The translations under genes and the position numbers were made by a program. A DNA stretch of 64,000 bases. It comes from Podarcis gaigeae. Its lineage: Eukaryota. Shown here piece by piece: positions 50,001 to 63,008 of the stretch (the first letter of the stretch is position 1; the number at the start of each line of letters is the position of its first letter). The notes beneath the pieces were generated by a model. The model saw only the letters and a program-made list of their open reading frames with translations. It did no database searches and was not told the origin of the DNA. The stretch lies in the NCBI GenBank assembly GCA_964106915.2, contig OZ066919.1. The stretch is one strand, 5' to 3'.

Positions 50001-50587
50001 TGGAGCAAGCCCGTTTGTGGAATTCAGAGACTCAGAAAGGGAATTCAACACAAGCAAGGTGGCAGGACGCATAAGTAACAGCAGCAAGATGAAGTAGCAG
50101 CCTCAGTTTACTGAGACCTAAGAGCAAGGCTGGTCCCTGAGGTTCTACATAATGTAGGGGCTGGCCCCCATTTCTCTTTCTGCTGCTGTGTGGCTAGAAT
50201 TGAATCTCAAACACTTGCTGCTAGGGTGGAAAAGTTCTATACTACTGTCCTCCAGCAGCAATAACTTATTTAATCAAAAAGTGCAGTAGTGCTATATATA
50301 TGTGAACTTAATCGGCTAGTTACAGCTACTCAGCCTCTGGCCACATCATACATCCAGGGCATAATGCTATCCTACATAAATTCATAATCTTTGATGCGGC
50401 TTACTCATCACCCACACCTGCCCACAAGTATGGGAGCATACTAGTCACTAGAATGGTAAAAAGATCAAAAGGTTTAAATTGCCTCAAAAATTGACAACTC
50501 TGCAAATGCATCAAAATTGCCCAAAAAATTATTTTGCATGAGTATTAGCTAGGTCTTCTGTCTCTGTGTAGTACAGATGTCTTTTAC

Positions 50588-50589
<2 letters not shown>

Positions 50590-50631
<42 letters not shown>
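50590..50631. repeat. (AC)n microsatellite
   Basis: Direct read. Confidence 0.97.
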
Positions 50632-50633
<2 letters not shown>

Positions 50634-53084
50634 TACCCCCAGTAAGAACTAAAGCATGTTAAGGAGACATAGCTGGCTTTTAATGCAATCAGCTGAAATA
50701 GAAATTCCTTAACCCAATAGCATTTTGCTGAACGAAAAATGTGGGCTTTAGCTTTTAGTATCTTTTTGTCACTGGCTTTCTGCTTTAACCTGCCCTGCAT
50801 TGCTCAGTGACACATGCAGATAATGGTGCCCATGAAACAAAGGTGGCATTGATATTAAGGACCATGGTGTATTAATTTAGCTCCTAATTAGTGTAATCAA
50901 CTCAACTGAGCTTTGGTGCTGATATAAGCTGATGTGACAGCACAAAGGCCACTTTCAAGGTGAGGCTGGATATTGCATTGTCTTTGCTTCTGTCCTACAC
51001 AGGGTCTCTTCATTTCCTGCTCTTCCTGTTTAATTATGGAATAGTTATGGAATGTTCTTATAGAGAACACTATTAAAAATGGCCAGCATTCTTCAGCAAT
51101 CTTACATACAGCAATCATGTACATTTCTCCTCAGAAGTATGTATGAGTGGATTCAAGCTTACTCCCATGTAAGTGGCTACAGGGTTGCAGTCTGTATATT
51201 TGGAGAGAAAAAATCTTCACATTTATACCGTGGCTCTGAGAGAGAGAACTGGGATATCTTTTTAGCACCACAGTGGAAACCTTTAGGGCAGAAAAAAATG
51301 GGTGTGGGCTGTTCAGCTCTGTGGTGCTTTCACAGCAGCATTGCTGAATAATGCCAAAGGTTGCAGGGCCAGCCCTAACATTAGGCAGAGTAAAGTGCAG
51401 TTGATTGCCTGAGGCAGTTAATTTCCAGTGTCATGAAAAGGAAATGAATATATTATGATGTTTTTTTTTTTTACTGCCATAGAGATGGACTTATGATATT
51501 TTATGTCTCAAGTGCCAAATGGCTTGATTGGCCTTGATTTGTGATGTGGCAGGGGTGGAGAGAGGACACCATTTTCTGCTTAGCCTCAACCAGCAAAACG
51601 TTTTGAGTCAGCCCTAGGAACCTGAAATGTTGCAGCTGTACAAATGATAGTTCTCTTGACTGTGTGATTCACAGAAATGCTAATACAGTATGTAATAAAG
51701 AGTAAGTGCTACGTGGTTTTTTTTGAAGCTGCATTCTTAATTGCAGTATCAGATTGGGTATTTTTGTGGAAGGGAGAAGGTATCTTCCTATCGATGTTGA
51801 ATCAAGGGAAGTTGTAAAGAGAAAATATATAGCACAAGTGGTAAAGGTGCATTTAATAGACTTTTTTATGCCATCTCCTTTTTGATAAGACTTAACAACG
51901 TGACTTAGGAGTTTTGCTCTTCTGAAGGTCCTTTGGAAACACTAGGGCAGATGGAAGATGTAGTCAAAACAGCTTGATGAAATAGGCTATTTGATAAGAA
52001 ATAGCCTAGAAGACGGAGAGGATACTGTCTCACAGCAAATTATGAACTGTGAACATGCCTTGCTTATTTCTTATAGACTGTAAAATTTGCCTTGCCAGCC
52101 ATGTCAAGTAACCTCTGGTTTCCAGTCTGTTCAAGTGTGTTATTAGTACATGTTAGATTTGCTCTGGTTTTAGTACCCATAAAATAAATATTTTTTAACA
52201 TCCACCCTTTCCCTTATATTAAATTTGAATACATTTTGCCCTTTGGTTACAGGAAGGTCAGGAGTAGATGAAACAGTTGTAATAACACTGGATAGCACAT
52301 TAGTCCTTGCAGTTCCCTCTAAGGGAAAATAAAATCCAGCAACCGAAGAGCTGTGGAAAACATGTACATCTATATACGAGGCACAGTGTATATAGGGACC
52401 TTTAGGGAAAAGTGTTGTACTTGGGAAATTGTTTAGTAAGAAATAATCAGGTATAAAAGGACATAGCGCTTCTGGAGATGGCATTTGTTATCAGGAACAT
52501 GTTCTCCTCCAGTCCTCCAAATAGTGATAAAACATTTTGCCCTGTTGCTCGCGGCTCCAGAACGTGTTTCTCAACTTGTTTCTCCTTATTTCTCTTTTCC
52601 TCTCTTCTGCCTCCTCCTGCCTTCCTACACAACTTTATAATTTCATCGTCTGTGTACAAAACCTATCTCTTGTTCCGGTGAAATTCACCTCCATTATGTT
52701 GCAGGAAAGCACAGGATAGCTTTTTTAAGCCTGTGGCCAGCATTTGCCTTCCTTCTTTTTTTATTATTTTATGCCGGAACTCTTAATGTACCAAGCCAAA
52801 AATGTAATCCTCCAGGGATGTGATAAACCTCCAGTTTTTGCTCCCTGTCAGGGGCTGGGATGGGTTATGTTTGGCTTAGTGGATAACAAGTTGCACAGGT
52901 CTGTTATAAATTCAGACCTTATAAACTTTCCTTATTTCTTCCAAAGCTGCTAGAGTTCACAAGAATTCCTTGATTGTGACCCAACAGATCAGTGATGACC
53001 TCTAAGCTGCATTCTGGATTATTGTCACAAATTGCTGCTGGCCCTTGGCAGTTGCAACTGTATAGTTAAAAGGGATGAAGACTT

Positions 53085-53578
53085 GAAACTACAACTAATC
53101 CAGAGTGCAGCAGCTAGACTGGTGATTGGGGAGCAGCTGCCGGGACCATATAACACTGGTCCTAAAGGATCTACTGGCTCCCAGTACATTTCCTAGCACA
53201 ATTCAAAGTGTTTGTGTTGACTTTTAAAGCTCTAAATGGCCTCGCCCCTGTATACCTGAAGGAGCGTCTCCACCTTCATTGTCCAGCCTGGACAATGAGG
53301 TCCAACTCCGAGGGTCTTCTGGTGGTTCCCTCACTGTGAGATGTGAAGATACAGGGAACAAGGCAGAGGGGCTTCTTGGTGGTGGCACCCTCCCTGTGGA
53401 ATGTCCTCCCATCAGATCTCAAGCAGATGAACAACTATTTGACTTTTAGAAGACATCTGAAGGCAGCCCAGTACTGGGAAGTTTTTAATGGTTGATATAT
53501 TATTGCATTTTTAATATTTTGCTGGGGGCCGCCCTGAGTAGCAGGGACAACCCAGTCAGATGGAGACATGTTGTTGTT
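53085..53578 (+). mobile_element. L2-clade LINE 3' fragment
   Basis: KLQLIQSAAARLV-like start (aaactacaactaatccagagtgcagcagctagactggtg), then ctggctcccagtac..ttcaaagtg..ttttaaagctctaaatggcc. The 3' end is gccgccctgagt..caacccagtcagatgg. Confidence 0.82.
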
Positions 53579-56500
53579 ACCAAAAATGCAAGAAATTTCA
53601 TTTGAAATTGTATGAGTTTTGATTCATTTATTAGTTGACGTGTTTCAATAAAATCGGTATTTCTGAAGGAAAAAAACATGCTTTCTTTGCTTTTAGACAA
53701 TGCTTGCATATTTCATAACATACATCTTTCTTTAGAAAAACATTTCCCTCCTCTTACAGACAGGATGTTGCTTGCCAATTTTTGCATGTACATGTATTTA
53801 AAAAATGAATAAAACAGCTTGCCAATTAATCAGGGCATTCTTATCAGTTTTTCTTAATTAATTAAGCAAACCAATTAATTGCTGCTGCCCTAATGAAAGC
53901 ATCTTGTTGGATGTGGTGATACGTGGAAGGGACACATGCATTAACCTTCTGATATTTTCAGCTCCTCTTGGTAGCAGCTACGGAGATCATATTTTAGTTT
54001 TTGCATGTATTTCACAGGATAGCATTATTGTATTTATTTTCAAATATGACTTCATTTTCTGTGTCTCTTAAGGTTTTGTGTGTGTGTGTGTGTGTGTTAT
54101 GCATGACTGCATTATGTCTTAGTTATGTTACGGTAAGTGAAAAACAGTGTTTTCAAGAATAATTCATACTTTTAACTTTCTCTTGCCATGATAATCTTGG
54201 AAAGTCTAACAGATGGGAAGGGAAGATTAATGCCACTTGAAAGCCGCAGATTTAAAGGAGGCTACATTAAACACAGTCTCAGAAGCTCTTAACAGACACT
54301 TTTAAAAATTGTTCCATGTGCTGAGGTGAAGTCCATGGAAATTGTTTGTCTGGGTTGGGGGGAGGGTGGTAATCTTAGAGAATATTTAAGGTAATGTGTC
54401 TGACAAGAGTAATATGAAATTGTGTGTTCCTCTTATATCCTGATACAAAGGTAGTTTTATTTTGTGTGTGAAATCAGAATAATTCTTTTGAAGCAAACTT
54501 TACAAAGTAGTATAATTTTTCTTCCTATCCCCTCCCTCACCCCGCCAGCTAAATATTTCCACAATGGATGTAATATTTGCATCTTGGTCTCTAGAGCCAT
54601 ATTTCCCTTGTCTTTAGAAGTAAAAGTATAGAGTATTATATTATATTGTGTATATTAAAGTTGTTCTCCATACGTGGGAAGTTTTATGAACCTTAAGGAT
54701 AAAGTTAAGCTTCTCTTTCAAGCATGTTACTATGACAAGAGTGTTAATCTTCTACTGTCGCAGCCAGGGCTTGCTGTGGTCTTAGTCTAAGCAGATGTAA
54801 GTGCAAATAAATTAAAAAGAATCAGCCTCTCAGATATTTATGTTTTACCTTATTCTAAAGAGCAACGGATAAAAAGGGGGGTGCTGTACCAGATATCCTC
54901 TATAAGAAGGCTGAAGCTTATACTTAGCTGCATCATAAGTCCTTTTATGTCTCTACCTTTGGAAGATGAAACTAAATTTTCAACAACAACAAAATCCATG
55001 AAAATGAGATGTACACTTGGGGACAGGAAAATCATAACACATTCTGCTTTTCCCTAATTAAAATTCCATGGAGTTGTCTCCAGTATGTTCGTGTTTTATT
55101 ACATCAGTAATTACTCTTACTTTTTCCTTCCAAATTGCACATTAAGCCACTAAGGAAGAACGCATTGCAGTTACAGTGAATATTTGAACAACGTGTTATA
55201 ATATTCACACAACCTTTCCCAAGTTATAGGAGTGGTTTGCATGAAAATGTTAGATATAGAGTTAAAGATTAAGCTTTCAATTTATAGACATAATAGGGCA
55301 TGATATAGTGAATGTTTGCCTTCCTTAGGCATATGCACATTGCATATTTAAGGCTCAAGTGAGTAAACATAGCATTCTTACCTGTAATGACCCATTCCAT
55401 AACTTCAGTGTCTTAAAATTTAATTTTCTTTAAAGATGACACCTACAAATGCACCAGCATTTTCCCCCCTACACTACAATGGAATATCTGAGGAACTGGA
55501 GCAGTTCTGACTAACCAGGCCAACAAGTGGACAGCTCCTCTCTCTTCCCACATGCACACATAGAGATGGATCACCTACATAGGTATAAATTGCAAGGGAT
55601 TTTAAGGAAGTCACCCAGGTGGTCCCATGCAATTTGCATGTACATGCAAGGTAATTGATGATCCTTTTCTATGTGTACAAGCAGGGACAATGGAGTTCGA
55701 GATGGCCTTCTGGGTGGGCAAAGAGGAGCCCTACCCTCAACCTACCTGAAAACTCTAATTACCTTGAAAATTGTTGTGCATGGTTGGCTGCTTTTATTTT
55801 GTTCTAAACTATTGTTTTTATTGTTGTAACCCTTCCTGGGGCTTTATGCTGAAAGATTGGTAAGGAGAATGATGGTGGTGGTGGTGGAAACCTGCATCCA
55901 CGAGAATTTAATTGCTCTGTTGTAGGATGTACCTAAGATTTGCAGCCTTCCAATTCTGCTTGGCTTCAAACTCAATGGCACATGATGGGTGTGATACCTT
56001 TTAAGATCTCCCTCCCCTTCTGTTAGCTTATCCTATCAGTTTTCCCAGTGTCCTCTAATGGAGCTTGCACAGGCAGGGAGGGCCAGCCTAGGCTGTTCCT
56101 TCAAACTGTCTTATTATTTGTGGCCCACAACCTGGCGTGCTCAGCAACTGGCGCTCTCCACTTCCAATTACGCAAATGTTCTGAAGGCATGCAACCCGCT
56201 GCTTATCGCTCAGTCATTCTCTTTTTACTAATTCTTCCAAGGTTTGACCACAAGGCAGGTGCACAAATGTTAAGGTGACCCTGCAATGCTGGCTGTCTTC
56301 AATTTCCCATAGTGCCTCCATTAGCTTTCCTTCCCATGCTATCTGCACTGATAGTTCATGCACGGTTACTTGCTTACAGTCCTGGCCTTTTTGTCACAAC
56401 AGTAGCACACAGCTGTGGCACTAAATGAGTGGTGTCGGGGTGATAGCCTGCTACCGAGGGAGCATGGAATCCCACCATTTTCATACTTTACACCATTGCT

Positions 56501-57034
56501 GAGTTGCAACCCTGGAGGTTTACTAAAAGGTCAGTGCTTTCCTTCATAAGCCACTGACCTTTCTTCTTGATTATCTTTGTGAATTGCTGCTGTCTTTGGG
56601 TTAATAGAACTTTGTAATCAAGGGGCTGAGACTGGGGGCCATGAGTAGAGGTGACAGATTGCTGATGTGTGGTAAACACAGGGAAACAGACAGTGGCATT
56701 GACATTATGGAAATGTAAACAATAACAACCCCTCCCTAGAAATACAGAGGAGTTCACCATAGATGTATTCAGCTTTTTTGAGATTTTGCCAGAGATAAAT
56801 GTAATATCTGCTGGTAAATATCATTGCACAGGGCTTGCCTTAATCTGTCACTCAGCTCAGGGGCAACATATTTTGTATATTCAGTAAGGCAGGTTTCTTC
56901 CTTGAGCTTCATATTTCTATTTCTTTATGGGCCACTGAGAATAGGCAGAGGTATTTTCTTTCCAATATTGTCCTGATGCAGTAAGTAAGAACAAAGCTAA
57001 ATTAGATCACTTTTGTGGAACTCTTCTTTGCACG

Positions 57035-57103
57035 ACAATTGTCTATAATGCAGTTTTTAACCCAGTTAGTACAATTGTCTATAATGCAGTTAACCCAGTT
57101 AGT
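57035..57103. repeat. Two-copy tandem duplication (36 + 33 bp)
   Basis: acaattgtctataatgcagtt(ttt)aacccagttagt occurs twice. Confidence 0.92.
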
Positions 57104-59022
57104 ACTTGCTTGAAGTTGGTGGCCACATTAAAGCCAAGTGAGAATGGGATATGTACTACGTGTGATGGCTTTCTTATGGAATTGTGGTATTCTGGTATAT
57201 GGGAGTGGCATGTGCTGCCCCACTTGGCTTGTGCACAGAGTTGCAGTAGTACTGTGGTGTTCATTGGCACAGTATCACAGATGAGTCAGAAGATGTGAGT
57301 GGAAAGAAAAGAGTTCTGGTAAAAATTGGGTGAGGATGTCAGAAGCTCTTCCGTTTTTAAACAAACACAGCTTGTTCTTCCATTATTAACCAACCAAGTG
57401 TGCTTAATCTGAACTATGGTTTGTTGTGACACTTTTTTCGACAAGCTATAGTCAAAACGAACCATGGTTTAGGGTTCAGGTGTGTTGTTGAAGTGTCATT
57501 AATAATAATTTTTAAAAATTGTAAGTGTTTCCAATTTCCTGCTCACAGTCTTAGGGGAGGGGGGAGTGTGTGAACCTGAGACTTGATATGGCTAATTCAC
57601 ATGATTATAAACCATGCTTTATCATCATGCCATAACTGGCCCAACTAATAATAGAGGAGTGGATAACTAAAAGCCAAGTATTAATGAGCCTCCCCTCACT
57701 TATCAGTCATCATGTAAACATAACCCTGAGAGTGTAAACATGTTATCCTGGGAAACTCAGAAAATCTTATCTGTAACTGCACCTTCTTGCTGGGAAAAGC
57801 TGCCACAAGTGATTTTCTGCCTGCCATGTAACCAATGGACAAGAGTCCTGCCAGACAATCCTATCCATAAAAGCTGTTGATTTCATAGGTTGAATCAATG
57901 AATACAAACAGAATGTAGTAGATTCTGATTCATTTATGTGCAGGCATAAAGTGGCAATTTAATGTATGCATCAGGTGTTGCTAATATTGTTCATTCTTCC
58001 TTTCAGGCCCCATTTTTCAAGACTTTAACTTTCATTCTTTAAGTCCTCAGGATAGATTGAACTTAATAGCCAAATAAATAAATTAAATTCCTAAAGGGTC
58101 TGTTGAGAAACAGCAACAAAATGGAATACTATCAGCACCTTCACCTTATGGGAAATTTAACAGCTCCCATGCTGAATACTTATTTCCCTGTCTTAAGCAA
58201 TTTGCTCAAGCATTTCTCTAAGCTCTCACTGGGGACATTTGCTTGTTGGACCAGCACTGATCACAGGACACAACTCCCGAACAACACTTGGTGATAAGTA
58301 GTTGTTGAGAATACAGCAGTAATAAAGCCTTTGTGTTGTTGTAATTGACAAAAACCATTTTGTCTCATTTGCAACCCAAATGAAATGAAATGTGAGGTTT
58401 TTTTCTTGCTGAGTGTTAGACAAATATTGTAAATATTGCTATTTTGTATTAGCCAATATGCTGCTTATAGTGCCACCCTAAACATGTCTACTTAGAAGTA
58501 AGTCCTACTGATGTCAGTAAGTACTTTTTAATGTGTGAGCCACGATGCAGAATGCATATTTTCAACCATGTAAAGAGTCCTACAGCGGATTGATAAACAC
58601 ACAAAAGTAGGGAAGGTTGTGAAACACTTGGCAGACTGTAACATCTAGCTGGCGGATCACATTTAGCTCAGTATGTAGGTGTTTTCCACCATACTACATA
58701 GGAGGCAAGCAGCAACACAGGATTGAAAAGGGACTGTGCCCTGCTATGTCACATGCTACCTGCTTTCTGGGAGTGCCACAAACTTTTGCCAGTGGCCTAT
58801 GCCACAGCTGGCCCTCCATGAGCATTCTTGTTTCTTCTCCTTACTGGTGAACTTACTGACTTGCCAACAGCCATCCAGTGAGTCCATGGCAGACCTGGGA
58901 TCTGCCCACCCAGTTCCATTTAAGTTAGAGTTGTTTCATTGGCTTTATTCCTGTGCATCCAAAGATCTCAAATAGTTCTAGTGACTCTGTATTACTGCTG
59001 ATTCTCCACCACTGTTATAGAA

Positions 59023-59278
59023 CAGGGACGTCGCACTCCCAAGAGACTGCAATCTACTCACAGAATAAAAATCTGGCAGTGATCTACCCCTGGGGGTGGG
59101 GGAGGTTCATGTATAAGTGCTGAGCTTTTTTTTAAAAAAAGGGGAAGGTCAGAAATGTTGAACTTTCTTTTGGGATCTGGATCCTCTTTTCCCGACGCAA
59201 GCAAAAAAGAGACCACGATCGACCCAAACCTCCCAGGAATCAACCAGTCGATCGTGGTCGACTGGCTGGACACCCCTG
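59023..59278. mobile_element. hAT non-autonomous element
   Basis: caggg...cccctg ends, TSD ttatagaa/ttatagac (7/8 match), and a subterminal gatcgacc/gtcgatc motif cluster. Confidence 0.75.
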
Positions 59279-59321
59279 TTATAGACTGATGTATTGGGAA
59301 TTCTTTTATTCCTTCTCAATA

Positions 59322-59562
59322 CAGTGGTACCTCGGGTTAAGTACTTAATTTGTTCCAGAGGTCCGTTTTTAACCTGAAACTGTTCTTAACCTGAAGCACC
59401 ACTTTATCTAATGGGGCCTCCCACTGCTGCTGCGCCGCAGGGCACGATTTCTGTTCTCATCCTGAAGCAAAGTTCTTAACCCAAGGGACTATTTCTGGGT
59501 TAGCAGAGTCTGTAACCTGAAGTGAATGTAACCTGAAGCGTCTATAACCCGAGATACCACTA
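59322..59562. mobile_element. Tc1/mariner (Tigger-like) MITE, complete
   Basis: TIRs cagtggtacctcgggtta ... taacccgagataccacta, flanked by TA on both sides. Confidence 0.9.
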
Positions 59563-60118
59563 TATAGCCAGTTGGGCATTGATTTTATTAGGAGCTTAGC
59601 TAATCCAAATGTACTGGATAGTTCCTATCACTATACAACACTGAATATTTGCCTGAATTTCCCAACTTAGTGTTATCTGGGGGTTTGTTTTGTAACCAGC
59701 TGCTGTATTTTCAACCTAGAAGTAGGTTAGATGAAGCAACCTTGTTAAAGATTGCATTACTTAATACAGCTTTGCTCTTGCAATGATACATTGATCAGGC
59801 ATACTCAGGAAGCCAAAATGCAATCCTATACATACAGAATGAGTAACTTCCAGCTCTTGCCCAGATATGGCTTTACCCATGCCTTTCTACCTGCTCCACC
59901 AGCTTCCCCTCAGATCCACACCCTTCCTCACTTTCAAAACTTTGTAATGTAAATATTATTTGTTTTGTATGGAAGCCAGACAATGCAATGTTACAGTTGT
60001 TGCTAAATAAGTAAAGGAAACTAAAATTACTTCAGCATAGCTGAAAAAGAGTCGTTCTGCCTTAGAAGTGTAGAGAAAAGAGCATAAAATAATGTGGCTT
60101 GTATCAAATCCTGTAGGC

Positions 60119-60253
60119 CAGTGTTTCCCAAACTTGGGTCTCCAGCTGTTTTGGACTACAATTCCCATCATCCCTGACTACTGGTTCTGCTAGCTAGGGA
60201 TGATGGTAGTTGCAGTCCAAAAATAGCTGGAGACCTAAATTTGGAAAACCCTG
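60119..60253. mobile_element. Palindromic hAT-type MITE, 8-bp TSD
   Basis: Near-perfect fold-back (ttggactacaattcccatcatccct / agggatgatggtagttgcagtccaa). TSD ctgtaggc is at 60111-60118 and 60254-60261. Confidence 0.92.
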
Positions 60254-60838
60254 CTGTAGGCACTTGTCTGTGACAGCTTCAAGCCATAGTGTTCAACTAT
60301 GTTTTACTCAGAGTCATGTTCATTAATTTCAGTGGAACTACTCTGATTAAAATTTAGTGGAACATCACCTGCAGCAAGCTATCTGCATTGTTATCTTAGC
60401 TGTATTTGTTACCATTGCTTTCTTTTTGTTTAGGGGACTGGGAGCATTTTTGTGTGTGTGGAACAGTCAAAACAGTTTTGGGGACAGAGAATCAGTAAAC
60501 CTCATTATTCCTCTATGCTGTCTTGAAAGGGCAGGTGACACGTGCAACAGGAAATCCTTCTCTTTCAAGCAGCCAAGAGAAGCTGAGGAAACAGGCTTTG
60601 TCTCCCTAAGAAAAAAAGAATATAATTTAATCACATGATAAGCTAATTAACTGAAGCGCTAAAGTCCTATTGTAGGTAAAGCCATTGTATTTTTAACACG
60701 AAGTAAATCCTACGGTTTGCTTTGGCCAAGAAATATACGGTCAAGCTGCAGTTGCCTAAGCTGTGGAACAACTTTAAAAAAAAAAAATAAGCCCAAAACC
60801 TAGCACTTAAAAATACATTATTGTATGTATACAGATGT

Positions 60839-61202
60839 GGGACGCAGGTGGCGCTGTGGGTTAAAGCCTCAGCGCCTAGGACTTGCCGATCGAAAGGTCG
60901 GCGGTTCGAATCCCTGTGGCGGGGTGCGCTCCCGCTGCTCGGTCCCAGCGCCTGCCAACCTAGCAGTTCGAAAGCACCTCCGGGTGCAAGTAGATAAATA
61001 GGGACCGCTTACCAGCGGGAAGGTAAACGGCGTTTCCGTGTGCGGCTCTGGCTCGCCAGATGCAGCTTCGTCACGCTGGCCACGTGACCCGGAAGTGTCT
61101 CCGGACAGCGCTGGCCCCTGGCCTCTTGAGTGAGATGGGCGCACAACCCCAGAGTCTGTCAAGACTGGCCCGTACGGGCAGGGGTACCTTTACCTTTACC
61201 TT
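60839..61202 (+). mobile_element. Sauria SINE, full length, young, 14-bp TSD
   Basis: Has the gggacgcaggtggcgctgtggg head with a B-box ggttcgaatcc, retained CpGs and an (ACCTTT)3 tail. TSD tatgtatacagatg is at 60824-60837 and 61203-61216. Confidence 0.96.
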
Positions 61203-61751
61203 TATGTATACAGATGCTGGAAAGAGGTGTGAAAAGGTAACAATACTGTAATTTACACACACATCTTATTTTTATGGCATTTTTAGCATGTTCATATATT
61301 TTCATCTGCCTATGCTCATGTGGAGCTTGGAATCGAACACTTCTGTATTATCTTTGATTAACCGGGTCTTTCTTCTTCCTCAGCCTTGTAGAAAACAAAG
61401 TTAGACAATCCTTTTCCTCCAACCTCCAGCTGTTTGCATGGTGTGGTAGCCACATTGTTTTGATGATTTCTCCACTGCAACCACATCAGAGATATTGTGG
61501 CATGTTTGGAAACTGCCTGGTCAACACCAAATTTATGCACCCATGTATCTCAGGATCTCAGTGGCACCTTCATCGTCAGGATAATGTTTCAATCAATACC
61601 TTATCTCCAGGATCTGAGAAAAAAACAGTCTTCTTTTCCTCGATGTGCAATCCTCTTAATGGGGCAGTGCTTGTATAGAGGTTCTCAAGCTAAGGGTTTG
61701 CGGATTCATGCATTTCAATGCGTTGGGTATTCCTGCATTCCAATGGCCTTT

Positions 61752-61912
61752 GGGACTCAGAGCATCTGCTGTGCATGCAGAAGCTCCCAGCTTCAGTCCC
61801 TGGAATCTCCAGGTTGGAAAAGCTTCCAGAATGAGATCCCTGAGAGCTGCTGCCAGTCTGAGCTTAGATACACAATGGTCTGACTAGTATAAGGCAGCTT
61901 CCTACATTCATA
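61752..61912 (+). mobile_element. Old tRNA-derived squamate SINE
   Basis: agagcatctgctgtgcatgcagaagctcccagcttcagtccctggaatctccag..ccctgagagctgctgccagtc..aatggtctgactagtataaggcagcttcct. Related reverse-strand heads are at ~250-315 and ~12815-12880. Confidence 0.6.
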
Positions 61913-62789
61913 TAAGGTTTTATTTTGGTTTGTCTTAAATGAAGATATATGCACTGCGTTCACACCATACCTTTTACTGTTATGCCATTTATTTCCTTTA
62001 CTGGCAATATGCTGAAAATTGTGCATGGAAGGGAAGAGTTCTAAAAGGTCATCATCTTCATCTTAATTTCAATATGTTATTTTCACTCCTGGTTAATCAT
62101 GATAGCAGGTGATGATAGGGCATGATTTACAATGCATATTTGGAAATCAATGCAACATTTTTTTTCAAAAAGCCAACCCTGCTTGAATGCAAAGCTTTCT
62201 TTTAAAAACAAAAACAAAAGATGAAAACAGGAGCCATTTTCCATTAGTATTCATGTCATGCTATATGTATTGCATTGGCTGTTTAATATAATTTATCCGG
62301 CATGGTACATTGAACCCTGTAGAAATCAATGAGAAATGAGGATAGGACCACTCATTGTACACATTTGTTGACATTTTGTGCTGCTTTAGAGTTGTGAGTT
62401 GATGAGTATTATCACTTGATATGCATTCATAATAAACAAAAGATGATTTCTGGGACAGATAGATGTTTGTCTCCGTGTAGTTTGGAACAAAGTTGCAAAG
62501 ATATTGACAATGGGTAGGGGCTCTGGAGCTCAAGAAATGTGTATTTTAAAAAGGAACACAATGTGCATGCCAAATATTGGTATATAAACACCTTGCACAT
62601 AGCTGTAAATGCCTTATTGCTTCTGGTGAATAAAAATTCCTCCTTGCGATCCACTATCCCGTGTAGCTGCAACTGATGTGTAGCTCCATTTTGTTGCCCA
62701 GAATGGGGTATATAACAGCCAGCTGCCACTACTCTGTTCTGTTTCTTTATCTCCTGATTGAAAGAAGCTGAGAATGCTCAAGCTTGAGT

Positions 62790-63008
62790 AACCATCAATG
62801 CCTACTAGTCACAGTGGCTAGGTGCTACCTCTGCTATAGGAGGCAGCATGTCTCTGAATTCCAGTTGCTGGGAATCACAAGTGATGAGAGTGCTGTTGCA
62901 TTTGGATCATGCCTGAAAGCATCCTTCAGGCATCTGGCTGGCCACTAAGAGAGCAAGATGCTGGATTAGATGGGCTCATTGGCTAAACCCAGCAGGCTCT
63001 TCTTACGT
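62790..63008 (+). mobile_element. Old CR1-type 3' UTR fragment
   Basis: ccatcaatgcctactag..ctgaattccagttgctggga..ggcatctggctggccact..gatgctggattagatgggc..ccagcaggctcttcttac; recognised by resemblance only. Confidence 0.6.
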
